Assembly: GCA_965218975.1 (NCBI GenBank) | Contig: OZ244717.1 | Span: 800,001 to 864,000, forward strand | DNA from: Candidatus Oxydemutatoraceae bacterium | Lineage (GTDB): Bacteria > Pseudomonadota > Gammaproteobacteria > Poriferisulfidales > Oxydemutatoraceae | Reading direction: 5' to 3' | DNA length: 64,000 bases | Shown: in pieces, positions 42,425 to 57,400 of the stretch | Position numbering within the stretch: position 1 is the stretch's first letter | Layout of the letters: each line of letters opens with the position of its first letter | Translations under genes and position numbers: made by a program | The notes under the pieces: generated by a model | Database searches by the model: none | Told to the model about the DNA's origin: nothing | What the model saw: only the letters and a program-made list of their open reading frames with translations

Positions 42425-45400
42425 ATGTTGAAGTTTTGTTGCTCCCGAGCGTTGCCGCGCGCGCAAAGTTTTTCCTTCGGTTTGTGTCTGTTGGCCGTAT
42501 TGATTGCTTCGGTCTATGTTGAACCTGCCCACGCTCAGACTGCGCCTGCAATCATTGACATCAATATCGTATCGCAACCGGCATTGGGAGGCACCTACCT
42601 TTTCGACGAGACGATCGAAGTGGCGCTGACGTTCGACGAGACAGTGATTGTAACCGGCGTGCCGCTGATCGAGCTGAATATCGGCGGCCCGAGCACGGCG
42701 CGTTACGTTAGCGGCAGCGGCAGGGATACGCTGATATTCGCCTATACGGTTGAGGCGGATGTCTTCGACGGTGGCGCCGGTATCAGCGTTGTGGAAAACG
42801 CGTTGGCGCAAGACGGCGATATAGACATGGGGCACCGTGGCGGGGCCGGGGTTGCCATTGTTTCTGACGATGACACCCCGATTAACCTTTCCAATTCGGC
42901 GCGGGATTTTCCCGATGTCAGAGTTGATGGTAGAGACAACCCGACACTCACCGCCATTGATATCGTATCGCAACCGGCATTGGGAGGCACCTACCTTTTC
43001 GGCGAGACGATCGAAGTGGCGCTGACGTTCGACGAGACAGTGACTGTAACCGGCGTGCCGCTGATCGAGCTGAATATCGGCGGCCCGAGAACGGCGCGTT
43101 ACGTTCGCGGCAGCGGCAACGATACGCTGATATTCGCCTATACGGTTGAGGCGGATGTCTTCGACGATGGCGACGGTATCAGCGTTGTGGAAAACACGTT
43201 GGCGCAAGACGGCGATATAAACATGGGGCACCGCGGCGGGGCCGGGGTTGCCATTGTTTCTGACGATGACACCCCGATTGACCTTTCCAATTCGGCGCGG
43301 GATTTTCCCGATGTCAGAGTTGATGGTAGAGACAACCCGACACTCACCGCCATTGATATCGTATCGCAACCGGCATCGGGGGACACCTACCTTTTCGACG
43401 AGACGATCGAAGTGGCGCTGACGTTCGACGAGACAGTGACTGTAACCGGCGTGCCGCTGATCGAGCTGAATATCGGCGGCCCGAGAACGGCGCGTTACGT
43501 TCGCGGCAGCGGCAGCGATACGCTGATATTCGCCTATACGGTTGAGGCGGATGTCTTCGACGATGGCGACGGTATCAGCGTTGTGGAAAACACGTTGGCG
43601 CAAGACGGCGATATAAACATGGGGCACCGCGGCGGGGCCGGGGTTGCCATTGTTTCTGACGATGACACCCCGATTAACCTTTCCAATTCGGCGCGGGATT
43701 TTCCCGATGTCAGAGTTGATGGTAGAGACAACCCGACACTCACCGCCATTGATATCGTATCGCAACCGGCATTGGGAGGCACCTACCTTTTCGACGAGAC
43801 GATCGAAGTGGCGCTGACGTTCGACGAGACAGTGACTGTAACCGGCGTGCCGCTGATCGAGCTGAATATCGGCGGCCCGAGCACGGCGCGTTACGTTCGC
43901 GGCAGCGGCAGCGATACGCTGATATTCGCCTATACGGTTGAGGCGGATGTCTTCGACGATGGCGACGGTATCAGCGTTGTGGAAAACACGTTGGCGCAAG
44001 ACGGCGATATAAACATGGGGCACCGCGGCGGGGCCGGGGTTGCCATTGTTTCTGACGATGACACCCCGATTGACCTTTCCAATTCGGCGCAGGATTTTCC
44101 CGATGTCAGAGTTGATGGTAGCGACAACCCGACACTATTGTTGCTCGGTTACACTGGCTTCTATGCATTGGTGGGTGACTTTTTTACTGCGGGAAGGGAA
44201 CTCGCGATGCCGTTGATAACCGGCCCGAATGCGAACGGATATTTGCTGCAGAGTGTCGAACTGCCGGTTACCCGTCCTGACGTGGCCGGCTTCTCCGATC
44301 TGACCGTTGCTTTGCGGTCTGCTTCGGAGGACGGCCCGGGCGACGTGCTTGCGACTTTTACCGCTCCGGGTGATGATGTTTCCGGCCGGCCGACGTTCAC
44401 GCTGCCCTCGAGAGCGTTCCTGCAGCCGAACACCACTTATTTTATAAGTTATCTCAATAATAGCACCGCTACTTTCAACTTTTTCGCTGCTCAAATAGGT
44501 GACCTGGAAACCGGATCGTTCGAATGGATCAGCGCTATCTCACCAAATTGTGGAGCCAATGACCCCACTATTACCCTATGCTTGTATATACGCGATATGC
44601 CAAGTGCTCCGTGGGGGGGGGCTCCTTTAATAACGGGGGTTCCCGCGGAATACTTCGGAGCGCTTATCACCCGTACCGAAGTTCGAATCATCGATATCGT
44701 ATCGCAACCGGCATCGGGGGACACCTACCTTTTCGACGAGACGATTGAAGTGGCGCTGACGTTTGACGAGACAGTGACTGTAACCGGCGTGCCGCTGATC
44801 GAGCTGAATATCGGCGGCCCGAGCACGGCGCGTTACGTTAGCGGCAGCGGCAGCGATACGCTGATATTCGCCTATACGGTTGAGGCGGATGTCTTCGACG
44901 GTGGCGCCGGTATCAGCGTTGTGGAAAACGCGTTGGCGCAAGACGGCGATATAGACATGGGGCACCGCGGCGGGGCCGGGGTTGCCATTGTTTCTGACGA
45001 TGACACCCCGATTAACCTTTCCAATTCGGCGCGGAATTTCCCCGATGTCTTTGTGGACGGCAGGCTCCTTTGCGCCCGCACACTACAGGTTCGAGAAGCG
45101 ATTCTCAACGCGCTTCCCGGTGTAACCGATTGCGCGGCGATAACCGATGCCGATCTGAACTCTATCATTGAGCTGGATCTGGCCGAAATGGAAATTACCG
45201 CCCTAAAGGTGAGGGACTTTGCCGGACTCGCAGCTATGACGACGCTGAATCTAAGCTTGAATGAACTATCGAGTTTGCCTGCCGGTGTGTTCAATGGTCT
45301 CGTTGCTCTTACAGCGTTAAATTTGAATAATAACCAACTGTCGGACTTATCTGCCGGAATATTTAATTTTCTTCCGACTTCACTGACGGAGTTAACTTTG

Positions 45401-48400
45401 CACGAGAATGAATTGTCGCCTGCAGCGTTCCCCGATGGTGTATTTGAACGCTTCAGGTCGCTTAGATCAATTACTTTGTTCGGCAATCCCGGAAGCGATT
45501 CCTTCAGGCCATTGGCAAATGCCGGGCCTGAGCGGACAGTTAGAGTTGGCGAAACGGTTACGTTGGATGGTATTGCTACCGACGGCGGTCCGTTCGGGAC
45601 TAACCTTATCTTCGCATGGTTGCAAGCCGAAGAGGATGCTATACCGATTACATTGACCGGTGCGGATACCGCTACACCTACGTTCATTGTGCCGACGGAC
45701 GCGCCGGTCGGGAGCGTTTTCCGGTTTGATCTGAGAGTGACCGGTAGGGGCGAATATCGTGCAAGCGCCCAAGCTCCGGCGGAGCACCTTACCACCTACG
45801 ACCGAACGACAGTGACGGTTACGATACTCGCGCCGACGGGTCTGTCAGCGACAGCGGGTCATAAACGGGTAATACTCGAATGGATGACGGGCGACGGCGG
45901 CGGCAGCGCGATCACGCACTATCAATATCGGCAGAAAGCAGACGGTGAGGATTTCAGTGGATGGATGAATATTCCGGACGGCGATGATGCCGACAGCGAC
46001 GCCGGCAACGAGACGAGTTATACGGTTACCGGTCTGACGAACGGCACGAGCTACCTCTTCCAAGTGCGTGCGGTGAATGCTCTTGGCGCGCACAGCGAGG
46101 CCACGGCTGAGGTTGGTGCGAGACCGTTCTTGATTGAAATCGCTACTGGTGATTTGGCTATTACGGATTTTTATGCCGGCCCTTTTTCTGGCCTTCTGGA
46201 TATTACACCAAACGAGCAGGTGATTGCGCGTCCGGTGTTCGTCTTTGTCGGGTTTATCGGTGGCGTCCGGATGAGTGGTATTGAGCCAGATGAGATCGAA
46301 ATTGGGAACGGTGAGATTTTGCTGGTGAGAGTCGGTGACGAATGCGGCTTCGCCACCCCGGTCCCAGATAACGTTATCTGTATAGAGATACTCCCGACCG
46401 GGCCGAATGGTTCTCAGCTTACGATGAGTCTTCCTGCCGATGTTGCCGATCTAGGCAATGCCGCGGCGCCGGATTTCTATCGCCGGGAAATCGTTCGTTC
46501 GGACGGTATCATGGCAGAGGCCGTCTCAATGCCTGACGGTCCGATTCTCACATCGGAGCCGTTCGTAGTTACTTTTACTTTCAGCGGCGACGGAATATTA
46601 ATAGGAATAAGAGGGGCTGCGGCGGATAATGTTCCGTTCCCTTTGGAGGATTACTTGGAGCCTGAGGAAATTGAGGTAGTTTATAGTCCCCCTGCACCGT
46701 CCGGTGGTACTTTTATTCGTCTTGAGGTTTCCAATTCCAGTGCTAGTATGGGACATACTAATATTGATATTACCCTTCGGGCAAGGCAGCGCTATGAGGG
46801 TGTGCTGACTGTAATTTTACCTGCCGGCTCGGCTCGCAACATTTATGGGGATTCCTTACCTGAGACAAGTTTCTCAATCGAAGTCGACACTTTCCACCCG
46901 ATTGGCATTGTTGCGTCTTCAACTTTTGTGGTGGAAGGTACGACAGCAGTATTTACACTGATGCGAGACGGTCTAATAGATAGAGAGACGGAAGTAACGG
47001 TAGAAGTAACCGAGACGAACGAAATGGTGGCCGCTGCGGATGAAGGAAGGAAGAGTGTAGCATTCGCTGCGGGCTCAAGCACGGCAATATTTTCAGTTCC
47101 GACTGTTGAGGATATTTCGGATGAAGACGACAGTGTGGTTACGGTTCGAGTGAACGAGGTTGGTTCTGATTATGTAGTAGATATGACACAAAACATTGCT
47201 ACGGTGACGATACGAGACAACGATGCTGTGCCCGATGCACCGGCGGACTTAGCAGCCGCGGCGGGCGATACGTACGCGGTCCTAAGTTGGGATGCGCCTG
47301 CCGACCCCGGCGCTTCGCCGATTGAGCGTTACGAATATCGCGCGAGTAGCGACGCCGGAACGGTTTGGAATCCGGATTGGACCGACGCCGGCGATGCGAC
47401 GAGCGGAGTTAGGACTCAAGTCGTATCAAACTTAACTAACGATACGGAATACACATTTGAAGTGCGTGCGGTCAGCGCAATAGGCAACGGCACGACCGCG
47501 CAAGTCACGGCGACACCGAGCTCCGCGACGGCGGTATTCATCCTGATGTTTAACCCGACCGAATATACGGTCAATGAAAGCGAAGGGCGGGTTGAACTCA
47601 CGCTCAGACTGACCGGCGTCGGGCGTGCGCCGCAGGATAAAGTGACCGTTACTGTCTCGACACGCGACGGCAGCGCGGTCACTCCTCAGAAGTATGCGGC
47701 TATTAATAATGCGACGATTGTCTTTGAACCCGAAGAGGGCGTGACCGAGTTAACGCAAACGGTGACGGTTCAGATTGTCAATGACATCGTTTTGACCCCC
47801 GATGATCAGAGCTTTTCGGTGGTTATTACGGATGGAACGGCGGCGCATTCCGACGATACGGTCGTGATTGATCGGGGTCGCAGCGAAGCGACGGTGACTA
47901 TCTTCGATGACGGTGTAGGTCCTAGGTGGGATTATACGCAGGAATTGCCTAGTACCGTTAATGAAAGCACGGCCATGAATACGGTTTCAATCCGGTTGGG
48001 TCAGGGAGAAGGGCTTTTCGATGGGATTTATACAATTATGCTTGAGGTGGGGGGAACGGCGACGTTCGGGGAGGATTATATAATAGAGTTTGTCAGCGGG
48101 AGGAATGTAGGATCGAGAACGCTGCCGTTCACGAAAGGCGACCGTTTGATGCGACCGATTGAGTTCATGGATGGGCGTGATGATGAGAGTGGTATACATA
48201 TACGAGAGTTAAGGTTGCGCTTAGTGGTGACGGATGACACGGTGTATGAAGCGGATGAGACGATTGAGTTGCGCTTAACTACGAGCCACCCGGCCGCTAC
48301 GGTAAGCGACGATACGACGCAGACAATCACGCTCATCGACAACGATACGACGCCGGTATTGTCTCTATCGGTCGGTGCGATTGTTATCGACGAAGGGGCA

Positions 48401-51400
48401 TCGGTTGATATTACAGTGATGACGACCGCGACCGGGTCGGTATATGCCGAAGATCAAACAATTACGTTAGAGTTTACCGGCGATGCGATGCCTGAGGACG
48501 ACTATACGGTATCGGTCGACGGTTCGCCGTTGTCGTCGCCGTATGAGTTGACTTTGCCGGCGGGGGCCTCTTCGGTAACCGCGACGATAACGGCAACAGA
48601 AGACACGGAAATTGAGGCGGATGAAACGATTACACTAACCGCGCGGCATGAAGGCGACACAATCGGCGAGGAAACAATTATGATCACCGACAATGATGCC
48701 GACGTGGTGACGTACACGGTCTCGTTCGATCCGACCGAGTATACGGTCAATGAAAGTGACGGGCAGGTTGAACTCACGCTCACACTGATCGACGAAGGGC
48801 GTGACCCGCGCGGCGTTGTGAGCGTGGCTGTCGTGACACGCGGCAACAGCGCACTCGGCTCTCTGGATTATGTAACTGTGCCCTCTAATAATCCGAATCT
48901 GGTCGAATTTAACCCTGGCGACGTTCGCCTAATGTCTGTAATTCAGATTCTCGATGATGCTATTCTCGAAACCGAAGAAATCTTTGAGGTGCTTATTTTC
49001 AGTGTATCAGCGGAGCATTCCGACGATGAGGTGGTGATCGGTCTCGGTCAAGACGAAGCGACGGTGACCATCGTCGATGATGATGCGGAGCTGAACGCGG
49101 CGCCGGTATTTACGAGTTCGTTAAGTTTTGAGGTCAACGAAGGGCAGACGGTAGTGGGCATGGTGACGGCTGAGGATGCGAACATAGAAGACGAGGTGAT
49201 GTATTCTATTACCGGCGATGCGGATGATGTTTTGTTTGCAATTGACCCGTCTTCGGGCGAGTTGAGTTTCGCCGCTGCACCGGACTTTGAGAATCCGACG
49301 GATGCGGATATGAACAACAACTACATGCTCACGGTGGCGGCAATCGGCGGCACGAACGTTCGGGCATTGACGACGACGCAAGCGATTACGGTGACGGTGC
49401 TTGATGTGCCTACGACGATTACGATTACGGCGGACGAGGCAGAGGTCACAGAAGGCGAATCGGCGGTATTTGTATTTGAGCGGACCGACGCGACGGATGC
49501 GCCGGCATTGACAGTGAACATTACGGTAGATGCGACCGTCGGAGTGCTTGCGGATGCGGCGCCTGAAATGGTGACTTTTGACGCCGGTTCTGCGACAGCG
49601 GAGCTCAGTCTTGCCACCGACGACGATACGCTTGAAGAAGACGACAGCGTAGTGACGGTTACCATCATAGACGATGTGGGCTATAGGATCGGTATTGAGA
49701 ACAGTGCTTCGGTGCGTGTTGTCGACGACGACGTCAACGTGGCACCGGTATTCAGCAGTTCGGAAAGTTTTGAGGTCAACGAAGGGCAGACAGTAGTCGG
49801 CACAGTGACGGCTGAGGATGCGAACCCGCAAGACGAGGTGATGTATTCGGTTACCGGCGGTGTGGATGAGGCCTTGTTCACCATCGACTCGTCTTCGGGC
49901 GAGTTGAGCTTCACAACCGCACCGGACTATGAGAATCCGATGGATGCGGATATGAACAACAACTACATGCTCACGGTGACAGCGAGCGGCGGCACGGACG
50001 CTCGGGCGTTGACGACGACACAAGCGATTACGGTGACGGTGCTTGATGTGGTGACTACGATCACGATTACGGCGGACGAGGCAGAGGTCATAGAAGGCGA
50101 ATCGGCGGTATTTGTATTTGAGCGGACCGACGCGACGGATGCGCCGGTATTGGCGGTGAACATTACGGTAGATGATCCCGACGGGGTGCTTGCGGCAACG
50201 GCACCTGAAATGGTGACTTTTGACGCCGGTTCTGCGACAGCGGAGCTCAGTCTTGCCACCGACGACGATACGCTTGAAGAGGACGACAGCGTAGTGACGG
50301 TTACCATCATAGACGATGTGGGCTATAGGATCGGTATTGAGAACAGTGCTTCGGTGCGTGTTGTCGACAATGATGCCGTACCCGGTGCGCCGGCGGAGTT
50401 AGCAGCCGCGGCGGGCGACACGCACGCGGTCCTAAGTTGGGATGCGCCTGCCGACCCCGGCACTTCGCCGATCAACCATTACGAATATCGCGCGAGTAGC
50501 GACGCCGGAACGGTTTGGGATCCGGACTGGACAAGCGCCGGCGATGCGACGAGTGAGGTCAGGACTCAAATCGTAACCGATTTGACCAACGACACGGAAT
50601 ACACATTTGAAGTGCGTGCGGTCAGTGCAGCGGGCAACGGCGCAGCCGCACAAGTCACGGCGACACCGAGCTCCGCGACGGCGGTATTCATTCTGACGTT
50701 TGACCCGAGTGAATATATGGTCAATGAAAGCGAAGGGCGGGTTGAACTCACGCTCAGACTGACCGGCGTCGGGCGTGCACCGCAGGACGCTGTGACCGTG
50801 ACTTTCTCGGCACGTGACGGCAGCGCAATCGCCTTTGAAGATTATTCGGGTCAACAAGTTGAGAATGCTGAAGTCGTCTTTAGTTCCGCGAATGCTCAAT
50901 TATCAGAAACGCTTAACATTCCTATTGTTGATGACATCGTTTTTGAACCCGATGACGAGAGCTTTTCGGTGGTTATTGACAATGTGTCGGCGGCGCATTC
51001 CGACGATACGGTCGTGATTGATCGGGGTCGCAGCGAAGCGACGGTGACCATCGTCGATGACGGTTTAGCCCCTATTTGGAATTTACAAGAGTTGCCGAGC
51101 ATTGTTAATGAAAGCACGGCCATGGATACGGTTTCAATCATATTGCAAAACGAGGGAGAGGCTCTCGTAGAGTTTTATACGATTATGCTTGAGGTGGGGG
51201 GAACGGCGACGTTCGGGGAGGATTATATAATAGAGTTTGTTAATGCGTTCATACTAACGGGAGGAAGTGCAACAATAATACCGTTGACGGAAGGCGAACT
51301 TTTGATGCGACCGATTGAGATTCGAGATGGGCCTACTATAAGTCTAGGGGTTTTAAGTTTCCGCTTAGTGGTAACGGATGACACGGTGTATGAAGCGGAT

Positions 51401-54400
51401 GAGACGATTGAGTTACGTCTCAGCGTGACGGGCCACCCGGCCGCTACGGTAAGCGACGATACGACGCAGACAATCACGCTCATCGACAACGATACGACGC
51501 CGGTATTGTCTCTATCGTCTCTATCGGTCGGTGCAACCGAAATCAATGAAGGCGCATCGACCGATGTTGTAGTGGAAATCACGAACGAATCGGTATATGC
51601 CGAAGATCAAACAATTGCGTTAGAGTTTACCGGCGATGCGATGCCTGAGGACGACTATACGGTATCGGTCGACGGTTCGCCGTTGCCGTCGCCGTATGAG
51701 TTGACTTTACCGGCGGGGGCCTCTTCGGTAACCGCGACGATAACGGCAACAGACGACACGGAAATTGAAGTGGATGAAACGATTACGATTACCGCGCGGC
51801 ATGAAGGCGACACAATCGGCGAGGAAACAATTACGATCACCAGCAACGATGCCGACGTGGCGACGTTCACGGTCTCGTTTGATCCGGCCGAGTATACGGT
51901 CAATGAAAGTGACGGGCAGGTTGAACTCACACTCACACTGATCGGCGAAGGGCGCGGTCCGCAGGATGATGTAACCGTGACTTTCTCGGCACGTGACGGC
52001 AGCGCAGTCACCTTTGAAGATTATGTGGGTCAACAAGTTGAGAATGCTGAAGTCGTCTTTAGTTCCGCGAATGCTCAATTATCAGCAACGCTTAACATTC
52101 CTATTGTTGATGACATCGTTTTTGAACCCGATGACGAGGTCTTTTCGGTGGTTATTGACGATGTAACGGCGGCGCATTCCGACGATACGGCCATGATTGA
52201 TCAAGGCGAAGCGACGGTTACCATCGTTGACAACGATGATGAGCCGGAGTTAGTTTTGTCGGTGGACATGACTGCCATTGATGAAGGGGCATCGGTTGCT
52301 ATTAGAATAGAGATCACGAGCGAAGAGCTCACGACCGAATCGGTATTTGCTGAGGATCAAACGATTACGTTAGAGTTTGACGGCACGGCAACGGAGGACG
52401 ACTATACGGTATCGGTTGACGGCTCGCCGCATGAGTTGATTTTGAAGGCAGAAGAATTTGAGGCAAGTGCAACGATCATGGCGCTAATAGACGACATGAC
52501 GGCTGAGGGGAATGAGACGATTATGATTACCGCCCGGCATGAAGGCGAAATGATCGGCGAGGAAACGATCACGATCATTGATAACGTGGCGCCGGTATTC
52601 AGTGGAGAGGTGATATTTGAGATTGAAGAGGGCCTGACGATGGTCGGCACGATGACGGCTGAGGATGCGAACCCGCAAGACGAGGTGAGGTATTCGGTTA
52701 CCGGCGACGGTGCGGATGATGCCCTGTTTGATATCGACCCGTCTTCGGGCGAGTTGAGCTTCACAACCGCACCGGACTATGAGAATCCGATGGATGCGGA
52801 TACGGATAACGTTTATATGCTCATTGTGACGGCGGTCGGCGGCACGGACGTTCGGGCGTTGACGACGACGCAAGCGATTACGGTGACGGTGCTTGATGTG
52901 GTGACTACGATCACGATTACGGCAGACGAGGCAGAGGTCACGGAAGGCGAGTCGGCGGTATTTGTATTTGAGCGGACCGACGCGACGGATGCGCCGGTAT
53001 TGGCGGTGAACATTACGGTAGATGATCCCGACGGGGTGCTTGCGGCAGCGGCACCTGAAATGGTGACTTTTGACGCCGGTTCTGCGACAGCGGAGCTCAG
53101 TCTTGCCACCGACGACGATACGCTTGAAGAAGACGACAGCACGGTGACGGTTACCATCATAGACGATGTGGGCTATAGGATCGGTATTGAGAACAGTGCT
53201 TCGGTGCGTGTTGTCGACGACGACGTCAACGTGGCGCCGGCATTCACCAGTGCAGCAAGTTTTGAGGTCAACGAAGGGCAGACAGTAGTCGGCACGGTGA
53301 CGGCTGAGGATGCGAACATAGAGGACGAGGTGACGTATTCGATTACCGGCGGTGCGGATGATGCCTTGTTTGATATCGACTCGTCTTCGGGCGAACTGAG
53401 CTTCACAACCGCACCGGACTTTGAGAATCCGACGGATGCGGATATGAACAACAACTACATGCTCACGGTGACGGCGAGCGGCGGCACGGACGCTCGAGCG
53501 TTGACGACGACACAAGCGATTACGGTGACGGTGCTTGATGTGGCTACGACGATTACGATTACGGCGGACGAGGCAGAGGTCATAGAAGGCGAATCGGCGG
53601 TATTTGTATTTGAGCGGACCGACGCGACGGATGCGCCGGTATTGGCGGTAAACATTACGGTAGATGATCCCGACGGGGTGCTTGCGGCAACGGCACCTGA
53701 AATGGTGACTTTTGACGCCGGTTCTGCGACAGCGGAGCTCAGTCTTGCCACCGACGACGATACGCTTGAAGAAGACGACAGCGTAGTGACGGTTACCATC
53801 ATAGACGGTGCGGACTATAGGATCGGTATTGAGAACAGTGCTTCGGTGCGTGTTGTCGACGACGACGTCAACGTGGCGCCGGCATTCATCAGTGCAGCAA
53901 GTTTTGAGGTCAACGAAGGGGAGACGGTAGTCGACACGGTGACGGCTGCGGATGCGAATATAGAAGACGAGGTGATGTATTCGGTTACCGGCGGTGCGGA
54001 TGACGCCTTGTTTGATATCGACTCGTCTTCGGGCGAACTGAGCTTCACAACCGCACCGGACTATGAGAATCCGACGGATGTGGATACGGATAACGTTTAT
54101 ATGCTCATCGTGGCGGCAATCGGCGGCACGGACGTTCGGGCATTGACAACAACGCAAGCGATTACGGTGACGGTGCTTGATGTGGTGACTACGATTACGA
54201 TTACGGCAGACGAGGCAGAGATCACGGAAGGCGAGTCGGCGGTATTTGTATTTGAGCGGACCGACGCGACGGATGCGCCGGTATTGGCGGTGAACATTAC
54301 GGTAGACGATTCCGGCGGGGTGCTTGCGGCAGCGGCACCTGAAATGGTGACTTTTGACGCCGGTTCTGCGACAACGGAGCTCAGTCTTGCCACCGACGAC

Positions 54401-57400
54401 GATACGCTTGAAGAAGACGACAGCACGGTGACGGTTACCGTCATAGGCGGTATGGATTATGCGGTCGGTATTGAGAACAGTGCTTCGGTGCGTGTTGTCG
54501 ACGACGACGTCAACGTGGCACCGGCATTCATCAGTGCAGCAAGTTTTGAGGTCAACGAAGGGCAGACAGTAGTCGGCACAGTGACGGCTGAGGATGCGAA
54601 CATAGAGGACGAAGTGACGTATTTGATTACCGGTGACGGTGCAGATGATGCCTTGTTTGATATTGACTCGTCTTCGGGCGAACTGAGCTTCACAACCGCA
54701 CCGGACTATGAGAATCCGGTGGATGCGGATGAAGACAATAACTACATGCTCACGGTGACGGCGAGCGGCGGCACGGACGCTCGGGCGTTGACGACGACGC
54801 AAGCGATTACGGTGGCGGTGCTTGATGTGGCTACGACGATTACGATTACGGCGGCAGAGCCGATGGTAACGGAAGGCGAGCCGGCGGTGTTCGTGTTTGA
54901 GGGGACCGACGCGTCGGATTTGTTTGTGTTCTTTACGGTAGTTGAGTCCGGCGAGGTGCTTGTGGCTCCAACGCCTTCTGGTATTTCTTTTGGACCTGCT
55001 TCCGAGACAGTGATGCTCAGCGTTGCCACCATTGATGATACGCTTGAAGAAGACGACAGCACGGTGACGGTTACCATTGGTGTCGACGATATGGGTTTTT
55101 ATGAAGTCGGTATTGAGAACAGTGCTTCGGTGCGTGTTGTCGACAACGACGTCAACGTGGCGCCGGTATTCACCAGTGCAGCAAGTTTTGAGGTCAACGA
55201 AGGGGAGACGGTAGTCGGCACGGTGACGGCTGCGGATGCGAACATAGAAGACGAAGTGACGTATTCGATTACCAACGGTGCGGATGATGCCCTGTTTGAC
55301 ATTAACCCGTCTTCGGGCGAGTTGAGTTTCGCCATCGCACCGGACGTTGAGGCGGATAAGGTTTATATGCTCACGGTGACGGCGACCGGCGGCACGGACG
55401 CTCGGGCATTGACAACAACGCAAGAGATTGAGGTGACGGTGCTGGATGTGCCGACTACAATTACGATTACGGCGGACGAGGCAGAGGTCATAGAAGGCGA
55501 ACCGGCGATGCTTACACTCAGCCGGACAGACGCGACGGATGCGCCGGCATTGACAGTGAACATTACGGTAGATGCGACCGTCGGAGTGCTTGCGGATGCG
55601 GCGCCTGAAATGGTGACTTTTGACGCCGGTTCTGCGACAACGATGCTCAGCCTTGCCACCGTCATTGATGATACGTTCGGTGTCAGAACGGTGACGGTTA
55701 CCGTGAACGACGGTGTGGATTATGAGGTCGGTATTGAGAATAGCGCCGAGGTGCGGGTGGTTGACAAGGATGTCGTGCCCGGTGCGCCGGCGAATTTGGC
55801 AGCCGAGGCGGGCGACACACAGGCGGTCCTAAGTTGGGACGTACCTGCCGATTCCGGCACTGCGCCGATCGACCGCTACGAATATCGCGTGAGTGCCGAC
55901 GGCGGGAATATTTGGGATCCGGACTGGACGGCCGCCGGTGATGCGACGAGCGAAGTCGGAACTCAAATCGTATCGAACTTAGTCAACGGCACGGAATACA
56001 CATTTGAAGTGCGTGCGGTCAGTGCGGCGGGCAACAGCGCAGCCGCACGCATCACGGCAACACCGATAGTTGATGATACAGGGGCTAGCCTAACTTTACG
56101 CCGCATAGGCGACAAAAATGGCTATGATTTGATTGCCGATGTGCTCGCAAACGCCGAGGTGTCGGCAGACGGCAGTTTTGAAGTGGCGGTAGGTTCCGAC
56201 ATCGTATCGTGCACCGGTTGTGATAGCTTGGAAGCGTTTACAGCCTGCGAGGATACAAGCCAATTATGCCCGCTTAAATTTGATGATGAAAACCGGCGGC
56301 TATTTTTGCAGCAATTGGGCTTTACCGCAGTGATTTGGCGTGCGAAAGATGCAAACGGTAATATTTTCACCGGCGGTGCGGAAATTACGGATTATGACAT
56401 TGACGGCAGTTTGGAAGGTGTCGCATTTGCTCAACTATTTTATGTCGCACCGATTGTAGGTCTTGCGAATCGGAGTCAATATATCCCTCAAGACAGCAGT
56501 TCGACGATTACGATTGAGATTGATGTCCGGTCTGCCGAACTCGAACTCGAACTCGAACTTGGGCTTGAGGCAGAAGACTTTTCTGTAGAAGGAACATTGC
56601 CTCCTTGGACTTTCACTTCTATGCCTCTAGCTGTAATAGCGGATGGCGCTGCGTTAGAAGATGGCAATAGCGCGACAATCAGGCTGCTTGAGAACGACCT
56701 GAGTATGGATAGCGAAATGCCGGGTCTCCCGACGCTGTCTAATCCGGGAAGCGAAACTGATATTATGGTGGTCTATAACGATCCTTCCACACGTTTTTAT
56801 ACTGTAACTCGTAGTTTATTTATAGTTCGCGAACTTGACGTGCCGGCTTCATTCGGATTCAGGGTTCCGTTTAGAGTATTGGCTCTGGTCGATAATGAGG
56901 AAAGACGTTATGTGAAAGTGTCGGAGTTGGCTGATCAGGGCTTAACGTTCAAATCAACTCCGGCGGAGACCGGTGTACTCGTACGAGGCGAGTGGACGGT
57001 TAACATCATTGACGACTTGACGAATCCCGAGAGCGAGGCCTTTGAGATTCCGGCCTGTCCGGACGACACCACCGAGTGTTCGGTTATGGGTAATTTTACC
57101 CCGACGGAAGAAACTCCTCTGGTTATAAGAGGTGTCTTTGCCGGCGCCGGTTTTGATGCGAATAGTAGTGAGAGATTGACGACGACAATAACACAAACAA
57201 TATACGTCAATATAGTTGATGATCAATTATTGCCGGATAGGATAGACGATCTGGACGTTGACGGAGTTCGAGATGTCTATGCGGCTGGTGATGATAGCGC
57301 GATGAGCAATGTGAAGTTTAACAGAGATAATAGAGAGTTTCTTTATGCCGGAGATGAGACGGAGAACGATAGAGGGTTGACTTTAATTATTACCACAGGG

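Noticed and set aside
42368-44023. 551-aa minus-strand ORF
   Set aside because: Antisense shadow of the repetitive adhesin; it repeats with the same 396-bp period and has no protein-like features.
52484-55423. 979-aa minus-strand Arg/His-rich ORF
   Set aside because: Antisense to the Asp/Thr/Val-rich repeats; the lack of stops follows from codon usage on the coding strand.
56537-56560. (GAACTC)4 microsatellite in the adhesin
   Set aside because: A 6-bp unit keeps the frame (ELELELEL), so it is not an ON/OFF switch.
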